Shown: positions 21,526 to 31,618, counted from the first letter of the stretch. The stretch: DNA of 64,000 nt from an uncultured archaeon (GCA_964493715.1 CAZBPC010000002.1:32001-96000), one strand, 5' to 3'. The notes: generated from the letters alone by a model not told the origin. Numbers and translations are program-made.

Positions 21526-22887
21526 ATGTTCGATAAATTGCAAGGTTATAAGGGAAAAGTTAAAAAGTATTTGGAAGAAAACAAAATAGAAATCTGGGAT
21601 ATAGTTGAAATTGAAACCATCAAAACAACATTAAAAGGTATTCTTCTTCCTCGAAATGAATACGCAGATCCTAATTTTATTGAAATTAAACTTAAAAATA
21701 ATTACAATTTGGGAGTAAATCTCAACGAAGTTAATAAGATTACTAAAACTGGGAAAAAAGAGGCTATATACAAGATCCCTGAAAGAAAGTTCCCCATTAA
21801 TAAGGAACTCCTAAATGTTAGGCTCCTTGGAACAGGTGGGACGGTTGCTTCAAGGTTAGACTACACAACGGGAGCAGTAATTCCCTCATTTACTCCTGAG
21901 GAGTTATTTAGTTCTGTTCCAGAATTAGCTGAAATATGTAATCTTGATTGTGAAATTGTATTTGAAATATTATCCGAAAATATGAAACCCGAATTATGGC
22001 AACAGTTAGCTATTAAAATTAAAAAAGCAGCGGATGAGGGAATAGATGGGATTATCATTGGGCACGGAACAGATACGATGAGTTTTACTAGCGCAGCATT
22101 ATCTTTTATGTTAGAAAATTTATCAATTCCCATTGTATTGACCGGCAGTCAAAGAAGTTCAGATAGACCTTCCTCTGATGCTGCACTGAATCTTATCAAC
22201 TCGGCAACAGTTGCAACATCAGATATAGCAGAAGTCGTAGTAGTAATGCTTGGATCAACTTCTCATGATTATGGATTAATTCATAGGGGAACACTAGTCA
22301 GAAAAATGCATTCTTCTGTAAGAGATACGTTTCGCACAATCGATGATATTCCAATTGGAATGATCAAAAGGAATAGAAAAATAAAACTGTTTAAAGATGA
22401 TGTCCAGAAGCGAAATAATCGAGAAATAATTCTCAAAACAAATTTCGAAAACAAGATAGCTCTTATCTATTCATATCCTGGTATGGAAAATGAATTGATT
22501 GAATTTTATATAGATAATGGATATAAAGGGATAGTTTTTGCTGGCACGGGATTAGGTCACCTCAGTACCGATATATACAAGGCAATCAAAAGAGCGATAG
22601 AAGAAAACATCACAATTTTTATGACTACTCAAACTCTCCATGGTTTCGTGGGTATGGATGTCTATTCAACAGGAAGAGAACTCCAAAATCTTGGGGTAAT
22701 ACCTGGAAAAAATATTTTACCCGAAGTTGCTTATGTTAAACTTGGATGGGTTCTTGGACAAACCAAAGATCCTAAGAAGATTAAAGACTTATTATTAGCA
22801 AATATCGCAAGGGAATTTATTGAGCGAGAATTGCCCATTGCATTTAATTATAATATTGATGAATTGCTCAAAAATAATAAGCTCTAA
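21526..22887 (+). CDS. gatD: Glu-tRNA(Gln) amidotransferase subunit D
   Basis: TGGTVASRLDY, HGTDT and SQRSSDRPSSD motifs. Confidence 0.96.
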   Translation: MFDKLQGYKGKVKKYLEENKIEIWDIVEIETIKTTLKGILLPRNEYADPNFIEIKLKNNYNLGVNLNEVNKITKTGKKEAIYKIPERKFPINKELLNVRLLGTGGTVASRLDYTTGAVIPSFTPEELFSSVPELAEICNLDCEIVFEILSENMKPELWQQLAIKIKKAADEGIDGIIIGHGTDTMSFTSAALSFMLENLSIPIVLTGSQRSSDRPSSDAALNLINSATVATSDIAEVVVVMLGSTSHDYGLIHRGTLVRKMHSSVRDTFRTIDDIPIGMIKRNRKIKLFKDDVQKRNNREIILKTNFENKIALIYSYPGMENELIEFYIDNGYKGIVFAGTGLGHLSTDIYKAIKRAIEENITIFMTTQTLHGFVGMDVYSTGRELQNLGVIPGKNILPEVAYVKLGWVLGQTKDPKKIKDLLLANIAREFIERELPIAFNYNIDELLKNNKL

Positions 22888-22994
22888 GAATTTTTGCTTT
22901 ATTTATTTGAAATTTTATGAGATAACTCAAAATAATAAAAAATTTATACTTTATTTAATTAATAAAGATAATTCTACTTTGTCTAGTGATATAT

Positions 22995-23723
22995 ATGGGA
23001 AAACGAATACTTGTTCAGAGAAAAGGATACGGGCACTTGTGGGCACAATCTCCAAGTCATCGACATATGGGAGAAGTTAAATACCGATCGTTTGAGAAAG
23101 GGGAGAAAAAAATCACATTTAGTGTAACAGAATTAGTTCATTCCCCGGGAAGAGGAGCTCCATTAGCACGAATAAAATATGAAGACGGCAAGAAGGGATT
23201 GTGGTTACCCCCTGAAGGAATTTATGAAGGTCAAGAATTTATTCAATCTAAAAAAGGTTATGGCGTTCCTGTCGAAGTAGGAAATATTATCCCTCTTAAA
23301 AAAGCGCCTCTTGGAGCATTAGTGTTCAACATTGAAGGTACACCTGAAGATGGTGGAAAATTTGCTCGAGCTTCTGGAGTTTCTGCTATTGTTAGGGATA
23401 AATTAGACAATAAGGTACAATTATTATTTAGATCGAAAAAAATGCGTTGGTTTAATGATAGTTGTCTATGTACCATTGGAGTGGTAGCAGGAGGAGGAAG
23501 GACAGATAAACCATTTTTAAAAGCTGGAACCAAATTCTATGCCTATCGATCAAAGGCAAAAAAGTGGCCTATTGTGAGAGGAGTTACTATGAATGCATGT
23601 AGTCATCCTTACGGTGGAGGCGCAAAGCAATCTCCTCATAAACCAACAACAACTTCTCGTAATGCTCCTCCCGGTAGAAAGATTGGGCAGATAGCAGCAA
23701 GAAGAACAGGTCATCAAAACTAA
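22995..23723 (+). CDS. rpl2: 50S ribosomal protein uL2
   Basis: MGKRILVQRKG, HSPGRGAP, WPIVRG and HPYGGG motifs. Confidence 0.96.
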   Translation: MGKRILVQRKGYGHLWAQSPSHRHMGEVKYRSFEKGEKKITFSVTELVHSPGRGAPLARIKYEDGKKGLWLPPEGIYEGQEFIQSKKGYGVPVEVGNIIPLKKAPLGALVFNIEGTPEDGGKFARASGVSAIVRDKLDNKVQLLFRSKKMRWFNDSCLCTIGVVAGGGRTDKPFLKAGTKFYAYRSKAKKWPIVRGVTMNACSHPYGGGAKQSPHKPTTTSRNAPPGRKIGQIAARRTGHQN

Positions 23724-23852
23724 AAATTTAATTTTCTGATTTTCTCGATGTCTTTGAATCATAATAATAAATCAATTCTGGCAAAGTCTAAAGCTATCAT
23801 TAAAAAATCTAAAATTCCTGAATTTAGACCGTAAAAATATCAAAAAAATCCC

Positions 23853-23873
23853 CTAAGATTTTTTTAATCTTAG
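23853..23873. terminator. Hairpin between convergent rpl2 and tfb, possible terminator
   Basis: Perfect inverted repeat CTAAGATT-TTTTT-AATCTTAG. Confidence 0.3.
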
Positions 23874-23942
23874 AAAATATAAATTTAAAAATATAGCTTT
23901 AATAAAATTTAAAATTAAATAAGAAAAATTAAAAGAGAGAGT

Positions 23943-24824
23943 TTAAAAAGAAAATTCGACTGAAGTCAAAAGCTCCTTATATCTTGATCTTAGGGTAACT
24001 TCTGTCACTCCAATTATTCGTGAAATGTCTTTCTGACTAACTTTCACATTTCTTAGCTTGGAAATTAAATATATCGAACCAGCACATAGACCTTTTGGAT
24101 CCTTGCCCGAAATCGATGTTTTTCTAATAAAGTTCTGAAGCACTCGCATGGCTTCTTTCTCAACCTCAATTCCAAGACTTAAATCCGCACAATAACGAGG
24201 AATTAGTGAAACGGGGTTAATATGTGATATTTTTAAATTAAGTTCTCTTACTAAGATTTTATAACATTTTTTAACAATATTATCATTTATCGATGCTTCT
24301 TCTAATATTTCTTGAAGCGTAATAGGAACTTTCTCATCTTTACAAGCATAATAAGCGCAAGCAGCAATCATCCCATTAATTGAACGACCACGGAGTAATT
24401 GGCGTTTAAATACTTCTTTGTATAAACGTACTGCAGATTTCTTGACACGATCAGGAAAATTGAGATTTCCTCCAATTCTTTTTAGCTCAGTTATTGCCAT
24501 CAACATATTTCGTTTTTCCCATGATAAGTGAGTATTCCATTTTGCAGCTCGACGAAGATCAGGACTTTTAATTTTAGAACGATCAATTACAGTACTTAAT
24601 CCAATATCAGGCATTAAGATGGACATTGGAGAACCTGTACGTTCTTTTTTGTCTTTTTCTGATTTAGAATAAGCTCTGATCCCACTATGATTAATATCAA
24701 GACCCCTTTCAAAAATAACAAGCCCACATTGCATGCATACAGTCTCTCCTCGCTCTTCACTTGCAGTTGTGCTTCCACTACATTCTGGACATATGTTTGT
24801 TACGATATCAATCTCGACAACCAT
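23943..24824 (-). CDS. tfb: Transcription initiation factor IIB
   Basis: CPEC/CMQCG zinc ribbon, two cyclin repeats, GKDPKGL and VTEVTLRSRYKEL motifs. Confidence 0.95.
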   Translation of the reverse strand: MVVEIDIVTNICPECSGSTTASEERGETVCMQCGLVIFERGLDINHSGIRAYSKSEKDKKERTGSPMSILMPDIGLSTVIDRSKIKSPDLRRAAKWNTHLSWEKRNMLMAITELKRIGGNLNFPDRVKKSAVRLYKEVFKRQLLRGRSINGMIAACAYYACKDEKVPITLQEILEEASINDNIVKKCYKILVRELNLKISHINPVSLIPRYCADLSLGIEVEKEAMRVLQNFIRKTSISGKDPKGLCAGSIYLISKLRNVKVSQKDISRIIGVTEVTLRSRYKELLTSVEFSF

Positions 24825-25459
24825 TTTTTTTACCCTTTTATAATTCTTTTACAATAATATATTTAAAATTCTTGTTTGTCCCGTGTTAAATTGGGATAAC
24901 AAAAATTAAATGTTTACACACAACAATTTTTTTGTTATGATACAAATATTATGCTTTTGTATTTAAATCTTGTGATTTGAATTTGAAAATTGTGGCGATC
25001 TATATCCCATTGATAGGCAGTTATCTATATTTATTTACTTTTTTGATAATTTTTATTTTTATAACAAAATAAATATAATCACATATGTTTTTATAAAAAA
25101 TATAATTTTTAGTGTGCCATCCATACTAAAAAAATGATATATTATGTTAGTGATAATTTTCATAGGACCATAGGGCCTTCTATTCCACACGAAAAAAAAT
25201 TCTATTTTAATTGTGGGTTAAGAAGAAAAAAAGATACTAGAAAATAAAAAAACTTGACTTAAAAGAGACTAGTCGATTTGTATTAAAAAAAATAAATTAT
25301 CATTATAGGGAAACGAAAAATTAATTATTACAACTCTAACGTAGGAGAAGAGATAAAAATAAATTTAAATAATTTATCTCTTATCATCTTTTTGAACAAA
25401 AAAAAAAAATGTGGTAAAAAACCTTTGTTCGAATGACTCTCTTATCAGGTGAAATTTAA

Positions 25460-26497
25460 ATTATAAAAAAGGCTCCAAATTCCAAAGAAGAAGCAAATGA
25501 GCCCGAAAAAGGGGATGAAAAAGAGCAAAAGGTTTCTGATAAATCTTCAGAATCAAAAGATGAGGATTCAAATGATGACAATCGTCCTCATTTCACAGAA
25601 GAACAAATAGAAAATCTTGACTTGGAAAGTGAAATGCTAAAATTTTATATGCGTATGTATGAAGATGAGACTGATAGATATGCAATTTGGAGAAATACGA
25701 TAACGGAGGGTTTTAAAAGATGGCTAAAAGGAGAAAAGATCTACATGCGCGACAAAGAAAGAATCTCGCTATACGTGTCTGAAGAAACGAAATTAGAATG
25801 GCAAGATTTTCTCAATCAAAATAAAGATGATTATAGTTCATTTTCAAAACTCATTCGAGAAAGTGTTAAAACATTCATCGAAGATTCACTTAGAAATAGT
25901 GATGATATTTCAAGAATTGATACTAATACAATTGCAAACATATCTCATGCATTGAAAGAACCTTTAACATCAATAAAAGGATATTCTCAACTCCTTCTTG
26001 AAAGCAAGGAATATGAAGATAAACTCACTGATATCGTGAAAGATACTATCAAGAATATTTTTGATCAAAGTAATATCCTCGAAAACAAAATTAAAGACTT
26101 TTTGGATAATATAAAAGTCCAAGCTAATCATATTGATGTTCTTTTAATTGAAGATGATCTACCAACAATTCGATTAATAACTAAAATCATTGAAAGTAGG
26201 GGTTATGTATGCAAGGGAGTTATTAGCGGTTCAAAAGGATTAGAAGAATTAGGAAGAACTTCTCCAAAGGTAATCTTATTAGACATTATTTTGCCTGATC
26301 TTAGTGGATATGATATATGTAAAACAATCAAGTCTGATAACGAATGGAATCAAATTCCCGTATATTTCTTAACAGCTATTTCTGGATCTGAAGTCAGAAA
26401 ACACCTGAATGAAACAAAAGCAGATGGTTATGTTCTCAAACCTTTCAATTTTTCTGATTTTGAAGTCATTTTTGATATTTTAAATGGTGAAGCCTAA
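25460..26497 (+). CDS. Hybrid regulator: RHH-like + HisKA + receiver domain; probable ATT start
   Basis: RISLYVSEE..FSKLIRESV, ISHALKEPLTSIKG, LLIEDD..LLDIILPD..KPF; frame open from 25460 after GGTGA. Confidence 0.8.
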   Translation: MIKKAPNSKEEANEPEKGDEKEQKVSDKSSESKDEDSNDDNRPHFTEEQIENLDLESEMLKFYMRMYEDETDRYAIWRNTITEGFKRWLKGEKIYMRDKERISLYVSEETKLEWQDFLNQNKDDYSSFSKLIRESVKTFIEDSLRNSDDISRIDTNTIANISHALKEPLTSIKGYSQLLLESKEYEDKLTDIVKDTIKNIFDQSNILENKIKDFLDNIKVQANHIDVLLIEDDLPTIRLITKIIESRGYVCKGVISGSKGLEELGRTSPKVILLDIILPDLSGYDICKTIKSDNEWNQIPVYFLTAISGSEVRKHLNETKADGYVLKPFNFSDFEVIFDILNGEA

Positions 26498-26611
26498 CTT
26501 AAAATTTTTGTAAAAAATTTTATATAAAAAGCACAAATTTGTTGTTATAACAAGATCTAATTTTTTGCACAATAACACAATTACTTTTAAACATTATTAG
26601 GTGATTAGGCT

Positions 26612-27556
26612 ATTAAAAAAGGAGAGAAAGATGCTAAAGAGGAATTTTACGATTCTCCTCATTTGAGCGATGATGAGATTGAAAAATTAGATTTGAATAG
26701 CGATAAAGCGAAAGATTTAATGAGAAAGTATCAAAAATCTTTTGATAAATATGCAATTTGGAGAGATTCAATAACTGAAGGCTTTAAGAAATGGCTTAAA
26801 GGAGAAAAAATATATGATCGAGATAAAGAGCGAATTTCTCTTTATGTATCAGAAGAGATGAAAAATGATTGGCAAGATTTTATAAAAGAAAACAACTACA
26901 CTATCTCAAAATTAATAAGAGAGAGCGTAGATTTCTTTATAAATAAAAAATTAAGAAGATTCAATGGAGATGTTCTTAAAACGGAGAGTCAAGCAATTTC
27001 TAACATATCACATGCACTCAAAGAACCGTTAACTTCTATTAAAGGCTTTTCACAATTATTGATTGAAAATTATAAGGATGATTTAAATGAAGATGTTTTT
27101 AACACCATTCAAAACATATTTGAACAATCTCAACTCTTAGAGAATAAAATCGTAAATATCCTTGATAATATCAAAACCGAAAAAACTCAATATGATATTT
27201 TGTTGATTGAAGATGATCAAGCAACTATTCGACTCCTCACGAGTTATTTCGAGAGCAAGGGATTTAATTGCCAAGGTGTTGTTAGCGGTACTAAAGGGTT
27301 GGAAGAATTGAATAACAATATTCCCAAAGTTATCTTATTGGATATAATTCTTCCCGATTACAGTGGGTATGAAATTTGTAAGATAATAAAATCCAATAAC
27401 AAGCTAAAAGATATAAAGATTTTTTTATTGACCGCCATCCCTGGTTATGAAGTAAAAAAACACATGGAAGAAACTAAAGCTGATGGGTACATCCTAAAAC
27501 CCTTTGATTTCTCTGACTTCGAGATTCTTTTCGATTACCTCAAAAAGGATGAATAA
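26612..27556 (+). CDS. Paralogous RHH-like + HisKA + receiver regulator; probable ATT start
   Basis: Same motifs as the upstream paralog; GGTGA 7 nt before an in-frame ATT. Confidence 0.8.
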   Translation: MKKGEKDAKEEFYDSPHLSDDEIEKLDLNSDKAKDLMRKYQKSFDKYAIWRDSITEGFKKWLKGEKIYDRDKERISLYVSEEMKNDWQDFIKENNYTISKLIRESVDFFINKKLRRFNGDVLKTESQAISNISHALKEPLTSIKGFSQLLIENYKDDLNEDVFNTIQNIFEQSQLLENKIVNILDNIKTEKTQYDILLIEDDQATIRLLTSYFESKGFNCQGVVSGTKGLEELNNNIPKVILLDIILPDYSGYEICKIIKSNNKLKDIKIFLLTAIPGYEVKKHMEETKADGYILKPFDFSDFEILFDYLKKDE

Positions 27557-27588
27557 TTGAAAATATCACTGGGATTTATATAAGAGAA

Positions 27589-27695
27589 TGGCGGGCTATG
27601 AGGGAATTTCGCAATCATCCTATTCGGACGAATCTATCGAACCCCCGACCCCCCGGTTAAGAGCCGGATGCGCTACCTAGCTGCGCCAATAGCCC
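27589..27695 (-). tRNA. tRNA-Lys(CTT) with 30-nt non-canonical T-loop intron (27606-27635) and encoded CCA
   Basis: GGGCTAT/ATAGCCC acceptor stem, CT-CTT-AA anticodon loop; intron removal gives T-loop TTCGATT. Confidence 0.9.
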
Positions 27696-27733
27696 TGATT
27701 TTATATATTTTTTTACTACACCATTAATCAAAA

Positions 27734-27834
27734 CGCAGACGGAGGGATTCGAACCCCCGAGCGCTCACGCGCACCGGTTTACTCGAATATGAAAACACTC
27801 AAGACCGGCGTCTTACCAACTAGGCTACGTCTGC
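27734..27834 (-). tRNA. tRNA-Ser(TGA) with 18-nt canonical 37/38 intron (27780-27797)
   Basis: GCAGACG/CGTCTGC acceptor stem, long variable arm, GGTTCGAATCC T arm, CTTG/CGAG central helix. Confidence 0.9.
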
Positions 27835-28094
27835 GTGTTTGAGATAATAAATGGTGTTGATACTTAATCATGAATAATTAAGTTAAATTAGATTATATTC
27901 AATTAAATAAATTTTTTTTTATTTTATCTTCATTTTTTCCTCGAAAAAAATTAAGATGTAATTTCTCTGACCGAATGTGCATTACTTGCACCATTTATAT
28001 CAATAAGGCACAAGACTGAGAGAGATTTACGAATTTCATGAGTAGAACCAAATTTTTCGTAAAATATAAATTTTGTTGTATATTAGAATACTAC

Positions 28095-28577
28095 ATGAGT
28101 GCCGCTAAAGACTTTAGATATTTAATTCCTCAAAAAATATTTGATGAAATAACAAAAAAAGCCACAGAAGCATATCCTAATGTCGAACATTATTGGATAT
28201 TTGCAGATCGCAAGGAGAATTTTGGTATTGTGACTAAATTCATTCCGAACCCTGACTTGAAAAAATCTAGAACTCATATGAAGCCTAGAAGTTGGATGCG
28301 ATACAAAAAATCTAAAATCTATAACATGCGTAAATTTAAGCAAGAATTAGGTGTTGATATTGTTTGGCAAGCTCATACACATCCCTCTGGTAACGAAAAA
28401 CTCCACCAAATCGATAAAAGAATACTTAAATACCTTTCTAATGGAGTGATGATTGTGGTAATACCTGAAATCCCAGATCAGAATTTAAAAGGAAATCTAA
28501 TTGGCTGGTATTATGATAAGCGGTATACAAAAAAACCCATAATTGAGCGCATGACATTTGAGATCATATCCGAATAA
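28095..28577 (+). CDS. JAB/MPN (JAMM) domain metalloprotease-like protein
   Basis: AYPNVE...QAHTHPSGNEKLHQID JAMM-like motif. Confidence 0.75.
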   Translation: MSAAKDFRYLIPQKIFDEITKKATEAYPNVEHYWIFADRKENFGIVTKFIPNPDLKKSRTHMKPRSWMRYKKSKIYNMRKFKQELGVDIVWQAHTHPSGNEKLHQIDKRILKYLSNGVMIVVIPEIPDQNLKGNLIGWYYDKRYTKKPIIERMTFEIISE

Positions 28578-28784
28578 TTTGTGAATCAATTTTACTCTTT
28601 AAAATCTATCAAAAAATTATAATCAATTTCGACGTGTTTCAATTAACTCCAAATGATTATGAATGATATTTTCCCTATTTCTTATTTTTCTTTACCACTT
28701 AATTGGGAGACGTTTTAGTAGTTATTTATAAGTTTACGATAATTACTGTAAAAATAATTATTTTATTTATGAAAAGTAATAACA

Positions 28785-29987
28785 ATGGAACAATCTACAG
28801 AAATATTGAATGTAAATTCGAAACAAGAAAATAAAATTACCTCTTTTTTCCAAGTTGATGTTCTGAAAACAATAATGATTTTTCTTGTGATTTTTGATCA
28901 TACCATTCCGTGGGATATAAAAAATCACTTAGGAGTGGCTCTCTGGGAAAGGATCTCCATTCCCGTGTTTTTGGTCATAATGGGGTTTAACATGGGTCTT
29001 TCATTTCAAAAGAAAAAAAACCAGTCTTTAAAGCAGCTTTATTCCTGGAAATACTTTCGGCACAAAATTATACGCTATGTCTTACCATTTCTTCTCCTAT
29101 ATCTTATTTCTTCCATAATTGGAGGATTATTTTATGGACCAAGTCTTCATAATATAGCAACTGGACAGTGGGGTACAAGTTGGGATGATCGTCACTTGTT
29201 CATAGGAATATTGCCCTTTTGGGGACCGGGTAATTGGTTCATACCAGTGATTTTTGGAAGTATTATCATTATGCCTTTAATTTATAAAGGATTCTCAGGA
29301 TCGACATTCAGGGCAACTATTTCTTTAATTATATGTTTTTTAATTGAATTTAGCCTGCAATTATTTGTCTATTATGCATTGAAAAATCCTAACCCACCTC
29401 CAACATTTATTACGTGGGATGATTATTATAATTATCTTATCATAGCTTGTAGTATATTTTTTTATCTTTCAGCAATTGGTTTAGGAATGTGGTTTTCCCA
29501 GAACCATAATATTTTTAATGTTCATAACTGGTTTATGTGGGTGCTATTTCCCTTGAGTCTAGCCTATCTCATAGCATACCAATTTTTTGATTTTAGGTTT
29601 AGGAATGAAAATGGAGTTTCTTTTATATCTGGTGATTATAATTTCTTAGTCTTTCCTTATTCAGCTTTCTTGGTTTTAATCGCATTGAAGCTGTTACCTC
29701 ACGAATCTAAGAATTGGTTTTCAAAGGGGATAAAAATGATAAGCAGATCAACTTATCACATCTTATTAACACAAATATTGTATTTTGCTATTGTAGTAGC
29801 ATTGTATGGAGATCATTATAGAGCAAGTATCATTGGAATTAACCCTGATCAAGATATAGTTGCGTTTTTATATCTCATAATAAATTGGGTCATTTGTATT
29901 CCGATTGGAGTATTTTGGTGGTATGTAGAGACGAAATTAAAAAATATTATTAGCACAAAAATCATACTCAAAAGAAACCTAAAATAA
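28785..29987 (+). CDS. Acyltransferase family 3 membrane protein
   Basis: VDVLK..IFLVIFDH, IPVFLVIMGF and ISRSTYHILLTQ motifs; about 10 TM segments. Confidence 0.85.
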   Translation: MEQSTEILNVNSKQENKITSFFQVDVLKTIMIFLVIFDHTIPWDIKNHLGVALWERISIPVFLVIMGFNMGLSFQKKKNQSLKQLYSWKYFRHKIIRYVLPFLLLYLISSIIGGLFYGPSLHNIATGQWGTSWDDRHLFIGILPFWGPGNWFIPVIFGSIIIMPLIYKGFSGSTFRATISLIICFLIEFSLQLFVYYALKNPNPPPTFITWDDYYNYLIIACSIFFYLSAIGLGMWFSQNHNIFNVHNWFMWVLFPLSLAYLIAYQFFDFRFRNENGVSFISGDYNFLVFPYSAFLVLIALKLLPHESKNWFSKGIKMISRSTYHILLTQILYFAIVVALYGDHYRASIIGINPDQDIVAFLYLIINWVICIPIGVFWWYVETKLKNIISTKIILKRNLK

Positions 29988-30078
29988 ATTCTTTTTTTAT
30001 TTTTTTTTACATAAATTGGTCTACAATTCACAATAAAAAAGTATTAAAAATTTAAAACGTTATATAATTATATAAAAA

Positions 30079-30159
30079 GCAATCGTCGCCTAGTGGTATG
30101 GCGCTGGTCTGCTAAACCGGTGTCCGACGGACTCGTGGGTTCGATCCCCACCGATTGCG
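30079..30159 (+). tRNA. tRNA-Ser(GCT), intronless
   Basis: GCAATCG/CGATTGC acceptor stem, CT-GCT-AA loop, long variable arm, GGTTCGATCCC. Confidence 0.93.
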
Positions 30160-30178
30160 TTTATATGATAAAAACATC

Positions 30179-30281
30179 GGGCCAGTGGTCTAGTGGCTAT
30201 AAATCGTGAGATCTTCTTATAATTGATTAGGACGCCACGCTTACACCGTGGATATCGGGAGTTCGAACCTCTCCTGGCCCA
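30179..30281 (+). tRNA. tRNA-Val(TAC) with 30-nt non-canonical D-arm intron (about 30201-30230)
   Basis: GGGCCAG/CTGGCCC acceptor stem, CCACG-CTTACAC-CGTGG anticodon arm; removing 30 nt gives a 73-nt cloverleaf. Confidence 0.9.
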
Positions 30282-30293
30282 TTATTTTTATTC

Positions 30294-31088
30294 CTAATGG
30301 CATAATTCTCTAATTCTAGAAGGTCTAATCGCATTTAGTTTACAATTCCGTAAATATTTTCCTATATCAGCGATTATCCCAGGAGCTTCAGTATTATCTG
30401 AGAGAAGAACTACGTTATCTATAAAATTGTGCCTATAAATGGAAACGATATCTCTTAGATGTCCCGTTTTTATCAAAGCTTTTTTTAATTGACCTTTTGT
30501 TTCTCCGCTAACATAAACAGCCTCGAGATCTTCATCAAGAACTTTTTTAAAGAAATTTAAAGTTGGAATATCTAACTCACCTTGAGCATTTTGCTTTTCA
30601 AGATCTATTTTATTAATTTTTACGTGAACAGGAAATTCATTTATGAAATCATATGCTTTAATAATTTCAGGTAAAGATTTTTCTTTAAAATTACATAATT
30701 GATCCCTAAGCGTATGTAAAGAAATTAAAACATCCGTTTTAGGATTTAAGATCCCACAATCTACAAATAACCCAAATCCTACTTTTCCGACATCTACTAA
30801 ATTTCCTTTCAAACGCATTCCATTTTCTAAATTCTTGAATTCCTGGATCGTACCAATTTCTTTCTTTAACATGTTAACGATAAACACTTCCTCAGGACCT
30901 GATATCGTGATTTCCACTCGTTGGTCAAACTTTCTTACTTTATTGAAAATTATTTTTGTGTTAGGAAACCCTTGAGTTAATTCAAGGATGTATTTTTGAT
31001 ACCTTGAAACCAAATCTTTTGAATTTTGATCATTTCTACTATTATAAAGTCTATCGAATAAAACAATCTGCTTTACGATTAAAATCAC
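30294..31088 (-). CDS. DUF2110-family archaeal OB-fold protein
   Basis: KGNLVDVGKVGFGLFVDCG, GHLRDIV and TEAPGII..IG motifs. Confidence 0.7.
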   Translation of the reverse strand: MILIVKQIVLFDRLYNSRNDQNSKDLVSRYQKYILELTQGFPNTKIIFNKVRKFDQRVEITISGPEEVFIVNMLKKEIGTIQEFKNLENGMRLKGNLVDVGKVGFGLFVDCGILNPKTDVLISLHTLRDQLCNFKEKSLPEIIKAYDFINEFPVHVKINKIDLEKQNAQGELDIPTLNFFKKVLDEDLEAVYVSGETKGQLKKALIKTGHLRDIVSIYRHNFIDNVVLLSDNTEAPGIIADIGKYLRNCKLNAIRPSRIRELCH

Positions 31089-31246
31089 CAGAGGAAAAAA
31101 TTAGTATGATATAATTAATAATCTAAACGAAATAAAATACTTTCTCCTAAGCTCATTTTTCTCTTGTACATTCTATTCCAGTAAATTTAAATTACTTTTC
31201 TTTTATTGTAATGGATAGAAAAAAATATTAATGAGAAAGATTACCC

Positions 31247-31618
31247 ATGGAAGAACATAGGTTTTTTAATATCGTAGAAAAGCTAAAAGAATATGAAGGA
31301 ATGGATGAGATATTTCTATTAAATTCTGAAGGAGAAGTGATCTATAAATCGGAAGATTTTACTTTAACAAGCGATGAAGCAAAGACACTTTTAAAAGCGT
31401 GGAAAGAAAAAGAACCTGCTATTATTTTTCACGATCTGCGTTTTGCGATTCTTAAAAATGATGAAATTCAATTAGCTGCAAAAAATATAACAGGTGGAAA
31501 GGGAAATATAGTAGGATCCATAACTAAAGAAGGAGATTATCTTGTTGCGCATACAAGGGATGAAGGATTGATCCTACTAGAATGGTCAATTTTTATAAAT
31601 AAAGTGGCATGGAGTTAA
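31247..31618 (+). CDS. Profilin-like protein (Asgard type)
   Basis: 123 aa; IFLLNSEGEVIY..F.LTSDEAK.LL.AW, I.F.DLRFAILK.D..QLAAKN and GNIVGS pattern resembles the profilin fold. Confidence 0.65.
   Translation: MEEHRFFNIVEKLKEYEGMDEIFLLNSEGEVIYKSEDFTLTSDEAKTLLKAWKEKEPAIIFHDLRFAILKNDEIQLAAKNITGGKGNIVGSITKEGDYLVAHTRDEGLILLEWSIFINKVAWS

Noticed and set aside
24880-26580. ACAA/TTGT-rich palindromes upstream of tfb and the regulators as operator sites
   Set aside because: No consistent consensus; expected by chance in AT-rich DNA
27955-28025. Possible C/D box sRNA (two CTGA motifs, terminal TCTCT/AGAGA)
   Set aside because: No recognisable box C (RUGAUGA) and no target identified
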